Below, one piece after another: positions 38,875 through 51,200 of a stretch of 64,000 nucleotides of DNA. The notes beneath the pieces were generated by a model. The model was not told the origin of the DNA. It was given only the letters and a program-made list of their open reading frames with translations, and did not search any database. The position numbers were made by a program, and so were the translations under genes. Position 1 is the stretch's first letter. Every line of letters begins with the position of its first letter. The stretch comes from Schizochytrium sp. TIO01 (lineage: Eukaryota; Protista; Bigyra: Labyrinthulomycetes), in assembly GCA_004764695.1 (NCBI GenBank), contig SMSO01000037.1, forward strand, positions 3,944,747-4,008,746, given 5' to 3'.

Positions 38875-40319
38875 TTGGATTTCCTTTCATTCCTCTTTAT
38901 TTTAAAAGCGGTGGCGAAGAGGTGGAACGCTTATGTACCATGAAATGTTTCTTTCTTTTTTTTTCTCTCTCGCATGCTGCAGCAGTTGTGTTCAAGTCTG
39001 CCATGCCATTGCCGATCCTCTCCGTCTACTAGCTTCAATGCCTTTATACACGTCCATTTAAAAATACTCCTGAAGTGAGCTTCCTGGATAGTTCGAACCC
39101 AGATTTTGCGCTCCTTCGTTGTTATACTAATTCCCTGTCAGGACTTAAGCCTTGCCACCAGGCTTGAAGACTTTTTGACAGGCTATACCCTAACTTTCAC
39201 TGTTTACGTGAATTACTGAATGATTGCACTATGAATGATGTTGACATTAGCTTTTTCACATACTTTTTAGTCCCTTGTCTCTTTTCTTGCCCTCGCCCAC
39301 TCTTGGCTATATATCATATGCTGATGAACTCGTACTTTTTTGCTTATGTCTGCATTGCTCTGCTCAACTTTGCCTTTATTTTATTCATCAGCTGGCATTC
39401 CAATCTCCATTTTCTAAGACCCAGGAATCTTTGCTGTATCAGCTGTCACACGTGCTAGGTACCATCTGCCCGCTTCTTTACGAAGAAGCGCAGGATAAGG
39501 GAGGCATTTGGCCTTCGTGTACATGTGCCACAGCCAATATATTTTAAAACTTTAACTTCGATCCTGGAGACTGGAGAAATTCCGGCTCTTGTTTTCTAAA
39601 ACCTAAACACTTACAACAACCCAAACCCTAGGCGGAAGGCAATTGGCGTCTTCGTTATTTTTATAAGAGTTTCCGAATCAAGTAGCTGGGCATATACTTC
39701 AAACCCAAGATAACCGATAGAATCTGATAGTAGCAGTGAAAGTTGACAGTATATAGAAGATGAACCTGTTTTTTCAAATGCCTTTATACGCTCAAGCAGG
39801 AACGCACGAAACTCAAGAGTATGTAACTGATGGAAATGTAGCACTCAATTTTTAATTTTATATATTTTTAATACCAATACTCTCGATAAATAGTAAACAA
39901 GGTAGGCTTACGAAACACGGGCAAGCGAAGGGTTTCTTTCCGACTTCGTCCCTTAATTTGCCGGCTCGTACCATACGCTACAGCAATTGGCTCGAAAACG
40001 TATAAAGGAAGTCTTCGCCGATTTGAACGATAGCGTAAACCCCATCATGCCTCATGCTACAAACGGAACTCAATTCGAGAGTTAGTCTGCTCTTTTTCCC
40101 AGTTCTCAACGCAAGTCTTGAGTAACTATGATCCTTTTAAACTACCAAAGGTGTTCTTTCGTATCAGCCAGATCTTCAACTAAGTGCAACGTACCCACAT
40201 TGCAGCCTTTCCTATGCGTTCGTGCGCCCACCCACCCCTCCTGCAATAAATTTCTCGCGGCTGACTCCACGGAATCCGGCGCCGCCCGTACGCACGTCAG
40301 TCCCTTCAACGACACCACC

Positions 40320-40415
40320 AATAAATCAATTATAGAATCAATCAATTATAGAATCAATCAATTATTAAAATGATCAATCAATCAATCATTCAATCCATCC
40401 ATCCATCCATCCATC
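40320..40415. repeat. 16-bp tandem repeat (aatcaattatagaatc) grading into (AATC)n and (ATCC)n
   Basis: Read directly. Confidence 0.85.
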
Positions 40416-43400
40416 GGTTCTCAACAGCGAGTAAGCAAGCTCTTCCCTAAAAAGGGCGCGGTCAGTACCAAGAAAGAAGCTCAGGCATGCCCCAAGAACC
40501 CGAATCACAGGTGCACTTGTAAGCGCAGAGACGTAAATTGCGACGCTTCTGCCCCATTCGTTCACAGTTCGACGCCGGGGAGGAATGAACAAACCACGCA
40601 GTCAATATCTCTAGCGAAAGCCGCCGCCCCGAACGTCTGCCCTCTGCTGGCCCGTAAGTGCGACGGCCGTTGTCACTCACCCACTCACTCACTCACTCCT
40701 CACTCGCCTCGAGGTTGATGAAATCATTTCGTCGCTCAGAAGGCCTTGAGAATGCGTGCATGCCGCGAGGCGTTTCCACGAAACGCCTCTCAGAGGGTTG
40801 GCGCGAAACAGCTACGTCAGTGTGCTCACAGCTAGCAAGCCACAGACACAGGAAGCTGTGAGGAAATCGAAATCAGGAAAGCTCTAGAGAAAGATAGAAA
40901 CTGAAAGATAGAAAGAAAGAAAGACAGACCTCCAAGACCATTCTGGCTGCCGACGATTCCAGAAGCCCAGGCACACAAACAAATACAAACAAATACGTCT
41001 GAGCGAATGGACCAAACCAACCTCCGCCGGCTACTCCAGCTCGAGTTGGTTGGTTGGTTTGTTGCCTTCTATAAAATAAGTCTGCCCGACCCGGTGCAGC
41101 CTTCGGCACGATGGTTGGCAGGCAGCAGAGAAAACCATTTGACGGTTGACCGAGGAGGATGCCTGCCTATTCGGTACTCGAAGAGCGCAGGAACGAATGA
41201 AATATTGCCAATTCTCTCTTCTGTCAATGACCTTTTCCACGATCGTTGGCTGATTTTTGATCGACGGAGGGAGCGAAGGAATTGAAAGACACCACAGCAG
41301 CAGCAGCACTAAAGAAAAGATCCATCCGCCCACAAACGCTTTTTCTCCCGTTCGAGGCCCTTTCTTCCTTGAATCGTCGATTTTCATTCACTTGCGCTAC
41401 CTTGGAAGTTAGAGTTGGTTAGGTAGTTAGCTTAATTTTGTCGCCAAGATGACGGCGAAGGAGGAGGGTCTGGAATTCTACTGGTACCCCTCGTAAAGAG
41501 TGTTTAGCTTACTTGCTTGCTTGCTCAAGGTGCTGATTATTTCATCTTTTATTCTGCTTGCTGACAAATTGTAAAAGTTTTATAGAAATTAGACCTTTGC
41601 TTACCAATTTTTTATTGAAAGAATAATTGATGAACCTACCTAGCTAGGTAGGTAGGTGGTAGGTCATCCTTTTCAGGCGCTTCTTCCCATGGAAAGCCCT
41701 CAGAGTCTACCTTATCTGAAACGTGGGTTTGCTCATGCCGGCCAAGCCAAGCAGCTATGCATTTATTTATTGGCTGCGCAAGACCTGACGCATCGAAGGC
41801 GGCTATGTTTGGCGCGGCACGGCAGCTTCGTTCGAAGTGTCTTCAAAGTTTCTTCGGGAGTTCTTGAAGCCTCGCTTGCTTTGGCGCGTTATTTATTGAC
41901 CACACTGATTTGCTGTCGAAGTCACAAGTTTTCTTTTCACGCTTGGTCAAATACTAAGCTTTTGGACCTGGTAGCTTCAGCTAGGTTTTACTTACTTACC
42001 TACACTAACTACTAACTTTCTTCTTACATTTCACCTTTTTAGTTTTTATTTACTTTCATAGTAAGAACTTATCCTTATAATTATGTTATGTTTCGAGCCA
42101 CTATTCCAAGTTCTTTGTTGGAATCGAGAGGATTCGAAACGTGGCCTGAAGGCTGAAAGAGATGCTTCTTTTGTTGAGCGCCTGCCACGAGTTCCGCTCT
42201 GCGGACGCTAAATTCTCCGGCTCACACGATCTTTGAGGGGCGCAGCGAGAGCCAGGAATATTAACTAAATAAGACGAAGACGACGACGACGACAACGACG
42301 ATGATGACGAGGAGTTGAGTTGCCGTACTCGGGATTTTAAGTTAGTTTGTTTTTGTTATTGTTTCTTACGTCAGGAGGTGAGTAAGTAAGTAAGTAAGTA
42401 CCTCGGTGCCCTAAGCAGGCGAAAGGAGAGAAAGTGAGGGGGTCTTTTAGTTCTCAACTTCTGTAGAAAGATGTGAGGGCTCCCTGTACTTTTCCGATGA
42501 GGTCATATTCAGATTAAACAAATAGCGTTCGAGCAGCACGCTCGCTTTGGCGTGTGGCCAGAGAATACATACCTCCCTTTCCCATCGCTGGCTTGCCCTA
42601 TGCTCCATTCGTTACTTGGAGTTGCTTGCAGCGCATTCGTAAGTGCAGTTTAGTCTTGTTTCTCTTTTTCGATTTGCAGTGTCCTAAAATATAGCTAAAT
42701 CATTTGTTTCTATTTTGTTTCTAACAGATGAGAATCTGCAATCAGCAGAACTGAAGAGAGAGTAGAGTTGCTCGTACCTCGATCGTAGGTTGATTATAAA
42801 CACCCTCACCAGTCAGAGGTAATATACTCGAGCCAATTCAATTCAATCGCTCATTACCTACTACGTAGCTCTTGGTGGATAGACTAACAGTGATTTTTAA
42901 TTTAAAAAACAAACAAAAAACTTTTAATAATTAAAAAGTAAATAATGGAGAAAAAAAAGCTAACTACCCTGATTTGATGGTTAAGAATTTTAGAAGAAAA
43001 AAAACTGAATGGGAAGCACTCGTCACATGGACAAAAGTCTCAGGGTATATAAGGCAATTAGAGGCGGCTCGATGCCTCGGCACTAGCTAGAGGTTGATTT
43101 CAGGCTACTTCGTAAATAAGTTTCCCCGAACGTTGACCCGCGAGCAACACATGGCTGAGGGCATTATGGGTTGAAGTTCCTCCGTTCGTTTGACTTCGGC
43201 TATGTCTGTTCGTTTGCAAATTGGAGTGACCATTTTGCACTTCTTCGCAGTTTCCTCAAGCGTTCTTAGGCGAAAGAAAAAGCGCGCAAACAAACCAAAG
43301 GTTGAAAATAAAAATGTCAAAACTTGGAAGCAGATTCTCGAGGTGAGTGTTTTTATACTTTCTACTTTTACCTACCTACCTACTCTGTTCTTTTTTATTT

Positions 43401-43871
43401 CCTAAGATAAGCTCGTCAAGAACGGGGATAAGAAGGACAGCAACTAAATGACTACGTTTGCAGCCGCGGATGCCTTTAAATAATTCTGAAGAGTGCTTAT
43501 CGTACTGCTCTCACCAAAGTTTCCTCGAGCCTTAAATTGCAATTTTGAGCTTATTGACGCAATTACTATCATTGAAAATTTTGGAGACTTGCGAAGGGAA
43601 ACAACAAGGGGAATTATTGTATTTACATTTTCACGTTAAGCAAAGTTATAAACTTCAACTACACAACAATAAAAAAAAAGCTGATGGTTCTGTAAAAGCA
43701 GAGAGGAAAAAAATGAATAGTATCATAGTCAGATTGCCAAAACGGCCTATCAAATTGATTTGAACGCCTCAAACCACTTGCTCTCAACTCATATGAATGA
43801 CACTTTACCTGGAGTCGTTACTTGTAACTTAAATTTGAGTTACACAGAAACGAACCTTTAGATGCGAAACA

Positions 43872-44325
43872 ATGGAGAATCGGATCATAAGTATCATTAG
43901 TAAAAGACTCCTATGGGTATCCTTAGGTAGAGGCCATATATATTTTTTATATGAGGCCACAAGTCTCTACGCTTTCGCTCTCATCAAGACTTCTCTAGCA
44001 ATGTACTCGCACTCTTCGTGCCAGGTCCCTGATCAGTCGCGAGGGCTTCTTCACCCAAACAACACATCATCTCTCTCAGACTGCACCTTCGATACAGCTC
44101 TTGAAAGAACTTGTGGCTCTTCTTCTTTCCTGTGACCCAAGAGCAATACGATCGACTCACCACGGACGGGGTCAGACACAGCTTAAGCAACCTGTCTCGG
44201 GCGTACGACTGACTGAGATTGCCAGAGAAGCTCCGGCAGTCATTTTAGAGAGAGAAGTGCATACGTGCATCGACATGATCAGCAGTGCTGCTCTGTATGA
44301 GCAACTTCTTCGAAAGAAAGGATGA
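43872..44325 (+). pseudogene. Possible decayed ankyrin-repeat-like gene fragment
   Basis: Two overlapping frames give LAMY...CQVPDQSRGLLH and KELVALLLSCDPRAIRSTHHGRGQTQL, resembling ankyrin V.LLL..P.A...D..G.TPLH. ATG in aaacaATG context. Confidence 0.3.
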
Positions 44326-45682
44326 AAGAACGTCAAATGTTGCCAAAGCATTAAATTGCAAAATATTGACGAATAGAAAGCAGGTTCATGAATCCTTGTG
44401 GGTTTTAGACCTCGCTCGCTTGAAGAAGCATTAATTAATACCGATTGACCACTGGAGAGCTACACTCATTTGGCCGCATGTCATTCGCCTTCGCATTCTT
44501 TGGTCATCCTGCAACCTCAATTTACCCGTTCTCACTCTCAAGCCCTGGCTCCAAGGCCCCCCAAACCTTTCAACCCATCCTCTACAGCTAAAGCCACAAT
44601 GCCCCATTCCTGGCTCTTCAGCGACGCTGCACGTCCTCCCTCCAGCGCCTGTAACCCCATTTGTATGAATTAATTAATTCTGCTCAGTGCTATGCCGCCG
44701 ATTTTCATGTCGTGGTTCGAGAGCCGTGTTGCTCCAGCTCGGCTCTTGAGGCGGCCCCTTTCCAGTTATTCTTAGCCTCAGGATGGATGGATAACCGGCT
44801 GAGCTGCTGATCGCTGCTCCAGCCAGAGATTACCTAATGTCAGGGCAATTTCAGGGCATGTCAGGACAATTTCAGGACAGTGGCAGCCAGGCAGGCAAGC
44901 GCCTGTCGTCATCGTTTCCCCGTGGCCGATCGCCATCAACATGGTGCATTCAGGATTCCCGGCACTCGCTGGTTCCGCAGCGAATGAATGAATGAATGAA
45001 TGTCAGTCATCTCGACGGCGCATCCACCAGAACGAGGCTTGCTTCTCCAAGTCCGAAGGCGCTGCCGGTAGTCACTCGCCAGCGTAGGAATGTACGTTTC
45101 CTTACGCGAGCGTGTAATTCGGCGATGGTACCTAAACCGGACCTGGCTGGCGCGAATGACTGAGTGAGTGCCAGGCCTGAGGCGCAGCCAGGCTCGAACT
45201 GCTGCTCGAGCTGTAGCTGTGAAGCCTCACAGTTCCCCTCTTTCGTAGCTGTGGTCCGCTGTAAGCGTGGACCTGAGCTTCGTTCTGGTCAGTCAGCTTA
45301 GCTGGCTAAGCTCTCTCTCCTCCACTTCATCTACTCGGACCGCCTCCGCCTCAGGATGAATGCTTGCGTGCGTGCGAGCGAGCGTGTGTGTATGTGTGTA
45401 TGAGCGCACGAGCTGGAGCTCGAGGCCGCCGCGGCGGTTTGTGTCTTTGCTTGGCTCCTTCTGCGAAGCCTCCTGCGAGCTCAGGTAGCGACGTTCCCGC
45501 GGCTCGTTTTAGTGCTCTGTTCAAGGCCTGCCTGGGAAAGATGGAGCCCCCAAAACGAACCCACGCCGCGGCCTCGAGAAATGTGCGAGCAGGCAGGCAA
45601 GCAGGCGACCCAGCAGGTGCAGTGCCGTTCAAGCGGAAAATAGCGAGCGCCTTCATTTCTGACAAACCAGAAGCCGACGCGA

Positions 45683-45713
<31 letters not shown>

Positions 45714-45725
45714 GGCTGGCTGGCT
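45683..45725. repeat. Compound (GCTT)n-(GCTG)n microsatellite
   Basis: Read directly. Confidence 0.9.
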
Positions 45726-47949
45726 TGGCCTTGGTTCAAGAAGCGGGGAGCCTCTCGAAAGCTTTGCTCGGCGCTCCGGCTTGCGGGATCGCCCGCAGCA
45801 GAGGTGGTCCGAGTTGCCGGTTCGCGAGGCTGTGCCTGGAGACGAAAAGGATAAATAATGGTAAGATAACCACTCGCTCAAAGAAGCATCTAACTGCAGA
45901 AGCTTTTGCTCATTTTGCAAATCCACGCCTTCGCAATAATGGCTGCTGTTGCGGCTCCGGGGAAGACTCGCGCGGAGGCCGACTATACCTGTCGACCTGA
46001 GTTTATAGGTAAGCAAGCGACAGAAAGGAGGCGTTCAGAAAGCTCGTGCAATATTTTAGATGGAAATGGTGGCAATGGCGACTTTGAGGAATCGTGGACC
46101 AATGAACTCAATTCCCGGAGCTATAGCTTCAGCTGCAACAACATCGCACTGCCTACCTACTTACTACCAATGTATCCATAGCGCAGCGACTTTCATTCGA
46201 AGTGATCAGTCGATCGATGGAAAGTCGGGACATGGAGGCGCCCCAGCGTTTGCCAGGCTATACTTTGCTTTGCCTTGCTTTGCTTTGCTTTGCTACTTAC
46301 TGGCTGACTGTCTGCTTCTTCTTCTTCCACCACAAGTGCCACTCAGTCGAGCACAGCTGAGTTCTTTTTCACTAGCACTGCACTGCATCAATCGAGTCCT
46401 CGCGCGCGTCTTTGATCCAAACTATTCCGCGCTGTAAGTCCAGTCGCCCGTTCCTCAACAATTCCTCGAGTTTTCTTGCTTCAAAGTACTTGAAGATTAA
46501 CTTGCTCTTCTCCAACTGATCGATTGCACCGATCTTTCTCGTCGTCCCTCTGGATAAAACAAGTTTTTCGCACACGTACCTGCATATATTATACATATAT
46601 ACATACATACATACTACATACACGCATAGGGGTAGCGAAGAACCGGCTGTTTAACACATCTCAAGTAAGTAACAACTCCTCCCGCATCGTACCTGGGCAG
46701 CGGTTTAATGATACCCACGAAGCTGCGCTTTCGGCCCGGCAAGGCACGGAAAGCTGAGATCGGAAACCAAGCTGAGCACAGAATCGCAGCAAGTCCAGGC
46801 GAATGTGCAAATTGCCCGGACAGCAGAATCCAAGACTGATTGTTGCAAGCATGAACGGGAGCCCGCTGGCACATGAGTGAATGTCTATAGATATAGATCA
46901 GTAAATAGGCAGCTCGAGCAGGATGCCAAACGATGGCTTTGAGCGGGTAGAAATGGAGGCGTTTGCAAACTTGAAATTATTCGCCGCCATGTAAAACAGA
47001 ATTCTCCAACAGCGGAGACATCGCTCTTATGCGCTTACCACAACGAGGCGCGTGCCTCACGTGCTTGCCTGCAGAGAATGGCTGTATTAGCATCAAGGGG
47101 GTTGGCCAGACTTACACATTATAACCTACGGAGACTTCGAAGAACTTGAAAGGGGCCAGAAGCTGGAGGCAGCCGGGACCAGTAACGCAACCTGAGAATC
47201 GGCTGCGGAATGAAGCAGCTCCTCCCCAGAAGCATTTCGTTAGAGCTCAAAAGCTGGAGCAAACGCTGACAATTTTTAGGACCTGGAAACTAAATATTTT
47301 TTAAAAAGTGTTTCAAAGTAACTCTATATATGTGTATAACTAAAATAGCTGCTTCTATTCGTTTCCCATATCGACGGAGATGGTTGAACCGTGCGCAAGC
47401 AAGTTGCGACAGAAAATGTCGGGGTACCTGTACTTTACCAATAAATTATGTCATTGAGCCTTCCATGGTCTGCACGAATTGTTTTGGACGGTTTAGTTTC
47501 TCTCGCCATGGCATAAGACCTGGTGGAAGGTTTTCTATTTTTGAGTAAAGAGAAACTACTTTATGAACTGTCGTAATAGCATCAGTTAGGTAATCCTATA
47601 CTCCTCATCTCCCCTGGGCTTTGATTTCAGACATAGCAGTCCTACCTACAAGTATAAAAATCGTGTTAACTTTGACGAGCCGATTCGCAGTTCATGCAAA
47701 ATTTTACAGAAAGCGTGCTTTTGGCTCTTTCCAGTCCGCAAAAGTTCACTTGCTGACGCCTTACTCTTTAAAAAAAATCCTGCACATTCGAACCAAAGAA
47801 GACTATACCGCACCGTTGACCTCTAAGCACCTGTATTCTTCAGAAGCGGCATACAAAACGAACCGATTCCCCAGTTTCCTTGTGCTCCCGCGTTCTATAC
47901 GCACAAAATGGCAAATATGGCGCTTCAAAATTCAACTCCGTAAATATCC

Positions 47950-48200
47950 AAAAACTTTTATTTTTTCATTTTTTTAATGATAAAAGATTAAGACCAAAGA
48001 AAAAAGAAAAAAAGAAAAAGAGTATGATTGATTAAAACAATAAAAATAAATAAATAAATATTTTATTTTATTTTAAAATGCAAAAACAAATATTTTTGAA
48101 TTTTTGAATTTAAAAAAATAGTTTAATAAACTTTCAGAATTATTCATTTAAAAAAAAAAAAAAAAAAAAAAACGAAATAAATAAGATAAACTAATTAATA
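47950..48200. repeat. Extremely AT-rich block with A23 run (48150-48172)
   Basis: Read directly. Confidence 0.9.
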
Positions 48201-51200
48201 CCAATTCCAAACATCTTCGAACTTCCGAGAGAGCTAGCTTCCCATACCGCTGAGCCCTCACTAACAAACAATAGCTCAGTCTTAGCTTGGCCCGTAGAAA
48301 CTACATACCCACGCTTTATCCGCGTCTAGGAAGCCCATACGCCACGGCTACCTCAGCCCAGTATTGGTATATCGAGCTGAGAGGAGTTTACAGCGGTGAA
48401 AACCAGTATATTATAAAGTTACAAGTAAATTGTTAACTTTCCAACTGTTCAATTTAGCTTGCTTGCTTATTTCAATTTAAGGTATTGTTAGCATCGTTTG
48501 ATTACTGGTCCTTGCAAAGCACGCCCCGACCTCTTTACATTTTTAGTTTTAAAAGAGTATACATATGTAGATACAAATACATAGAGAGAGGCGAAGTAGA
48601 TAGATAGATGCTGCTCTTTTTACTCTTTGTCACAGCCCAACAAACTTAATTAGGATGGATCGTCAGCAGAATGGCATTTTTACAAACTTGTTTTAAATTC
48701 CAAAATGAGCCTATTAATGTTGTATACGAAAGAATTGCGCAGAGGCCGAATGCTGTGCATCTTGAAATACTCAAAGCCGATGCGTCCGGCCCGAATGGAT
48801 GATTACGCCAATCACAGAATGGCGAGCTCCGCCACCCACTCCTCAAGCGCGGCTGCGTTCTTCACAGCTCGAGAACCGCGGGTAAACAAGCAAAAGCCAT
48901 CCATCCCTCTCCTGCAATTATTCTCTCGATAAGCACCTCCTCTACCGCAATCGCGAACTTGGAGGTGCACGCACTCTCTGTCAAAACAAACAATCGCTGC
49001 TGTCTGCTAGCACCTCCTACCGGCCTCCGCTACCCCCACAAAGCCTGGGAAGCCTATGCACCCTTAGCGCTGCTTAGAAGGCGCCTAGGCGCTTCTCCGG
49101 AAATCTCACCAACTCACCAAACAACAAATTATCTTGCTTGCCCTCGAAGTTCCTTCCTTTATCGTTGTGAAATAAAACTTGCAAGGGTCGGGAATCCCCG
49201 GGGGCGTCCCCATAGCGAGCTAGGCTTTAAGAAGCTCCCGCTTTTGCATATTCGCAAATTTGTTGCGGTAGAATGAAGAGACTTTGGAGGCCTTTGCAGG
49301 AGTTCGGACCAAAGGGAGCGTTCTTATTCTCGCTGGTCCAATGGGTTTGGTGGCGTTTTCTCGGGGCCTCGCCATCTTGGATCAGCAGCGGTAGCCAGCG
49401 AGGTAGCGGCAGCAGGGACCTAGCTCGTAAGAGGAAGGAGCTGCGGGTTCTGAGTGATAGTTTTGACTTGAGTTTATTTATAATTTTCACCACCCAAGTT
49501 CGTTCAAAGGAAGGAAGACCTGTTCCATGGGACTGAGGACTTCTTCGCTAGTATCAGCACGGAGAGCCCTCTCGCAACGCGAGACACGATACGGACACGA
49601 CTGAAGCAAGCTGCTGCAAGATGCTGCTCAAGGCGAAGGGAACCGCGCTGGTTCGGTGGATTTGCACGCAGATACGGAAGAGGCGCACGATAATAAGCGC
49701 GACCGGCTTGGCCAAAGGCAATAAATGGCATGCGAGGAAAAGGTGTGTGATTTGTATATGTGTAGCACACGCACGCAAGTGAGACGATTGCGGGTTGAGG
49801 CACGACGGGCAGCAAGGCCTCGCAAGCAAAAGATCTGGAGCGGAGTGGAATGGGGGAGTAAGTAACTGCTCGCTCGTCCCAGAGTGGCCATACCGCACAA
49901 GCCGGAGTGAAGTGAACTCGCAGATTCCAGGGCTCATCTTCGAAGATGAATTCTATTCAGTTTTCTTTCGGGTGATTGATGAGAAGTAGATATAGAGTAG
50001 CTAGCCATACGTACTACCCTGGAACTAGTAGTAATGCTACTACCAAGAATGATTTTTTATTAGGACTAGGACTACTAGGAGAGGAAATAGACTGTTCTGT
50101 TCCTTTCGATGGTTGGCTTTTGGGAACATGGCAGCAAAAAGGGTTCTTCTGGATGGCGTTGAATTTCTTTCTGGGCTTGACAAGAGAAGAATTTGACCGC
50201 AATGCGGCTTGGCCGTCTCCATCCATCTCCCGGCAGCGGCGCCCGCAAGGGGCACTGCGCACCGAGACTGCGAGATTCAGGCGGCCCTGCGAGATCGATC
50301 TGTCTCGCCGGAGCGGATTTTACAGCGGTAGTCTCGTCGTGGTGAAAAGCAGCGGACTTGGGCTCGACGAGATGGAGGAGCCCTGCGCCAACGAGGAGCT
50401 CGAACTAGACTAGTGACAGTGAAGGAAGGCCCTGCCTGCCAGAGGTGGAAGACTTAGTTGACTCGAAGCGACCCGGAGGTCGATTAGAAGTGCATTTCGT
50501 GGAGCAGGTGGCTTTGTCAATCTTGCGAAAGCTTCCCGGACGAGTTATCGTAGTTCTAACATCTCGTGTGGAAACGAGCGGCTGGAACCTAGGTATGGAA
50601 GGCAACTGATCTACTACGCAGGAGCTACAACTAAGTGAGGAGCCAACCCACTGCGAAACTCAGCTCGACAGGACGGACTTGGGTGAATGAGTATACAAAC
50701 AAAACACGGTCTGTGTTTGGGCAAACGCAGCTGCCTCGAATGGAGGGCGAGCACTGATGACCAAGTGGCTCTGCGTAGGACGCGCGACCTCTCGTGTCCA
50801 TATGGCACTCAGCGAGGGCGTGCTTTTTTCCTTTTTTTTTGAGGTCCCGCTCCTAGCGAAGCTTTTAGCGCCATTGCTTTAGCATCACAATCGCCATCAT
50901 TATAATATATTTAGATGTGGATTAGTAATTTAGACGCGCGCAAATTAGATCTTCTTTGTTAATAAAACTAAAAGAAAGCAAGACAATATTCCCTGTTGGT
51001 CTTTTTCTTTCTTTCTTTTTTTTTCGAATGATAGGTGAAAACTTCCTTCAGCTTTATTCTGAAAGTTTCATAAGAGCGCTTGAAGTTGCAGTTTCGCCGA
51101 GGGCGATCATCTTTTGAATTAAGAATCACCAACTTGAAAGATTCGCAATGAGTCCACAAGCGGTGTGAGAGGGTTTAATTGCAGAGCAAATGGAAAGCAG

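Noticed and set aside
37595-38905. Alternative-frame and antisense ORFs within paralogue B (and similar ones within A and C)
   Set aside because: Shadows of codon bias in the real CDS.
10278-39555. Several TTAAAGTTT words resembling the Wor1 binding motif (~10278, 18453, 28271, 39547 reverse)
   Set aside because: Few copies, all in AT-rich patches; enrichment cannot be claimed without a background model.
41634-41653. Perfect 20-bp palindrome acctacctagctaggtaggt
   Set aside because: Explained by head-to-head (CCTA)/(TAGG) microsatellite units, which are common here.
45351-46016. 221-aa and 164-aa overlapping ORFs
   Set aside because: GC-rich and microsatellite-driven, non-ATG starts, no recognisable motifs.
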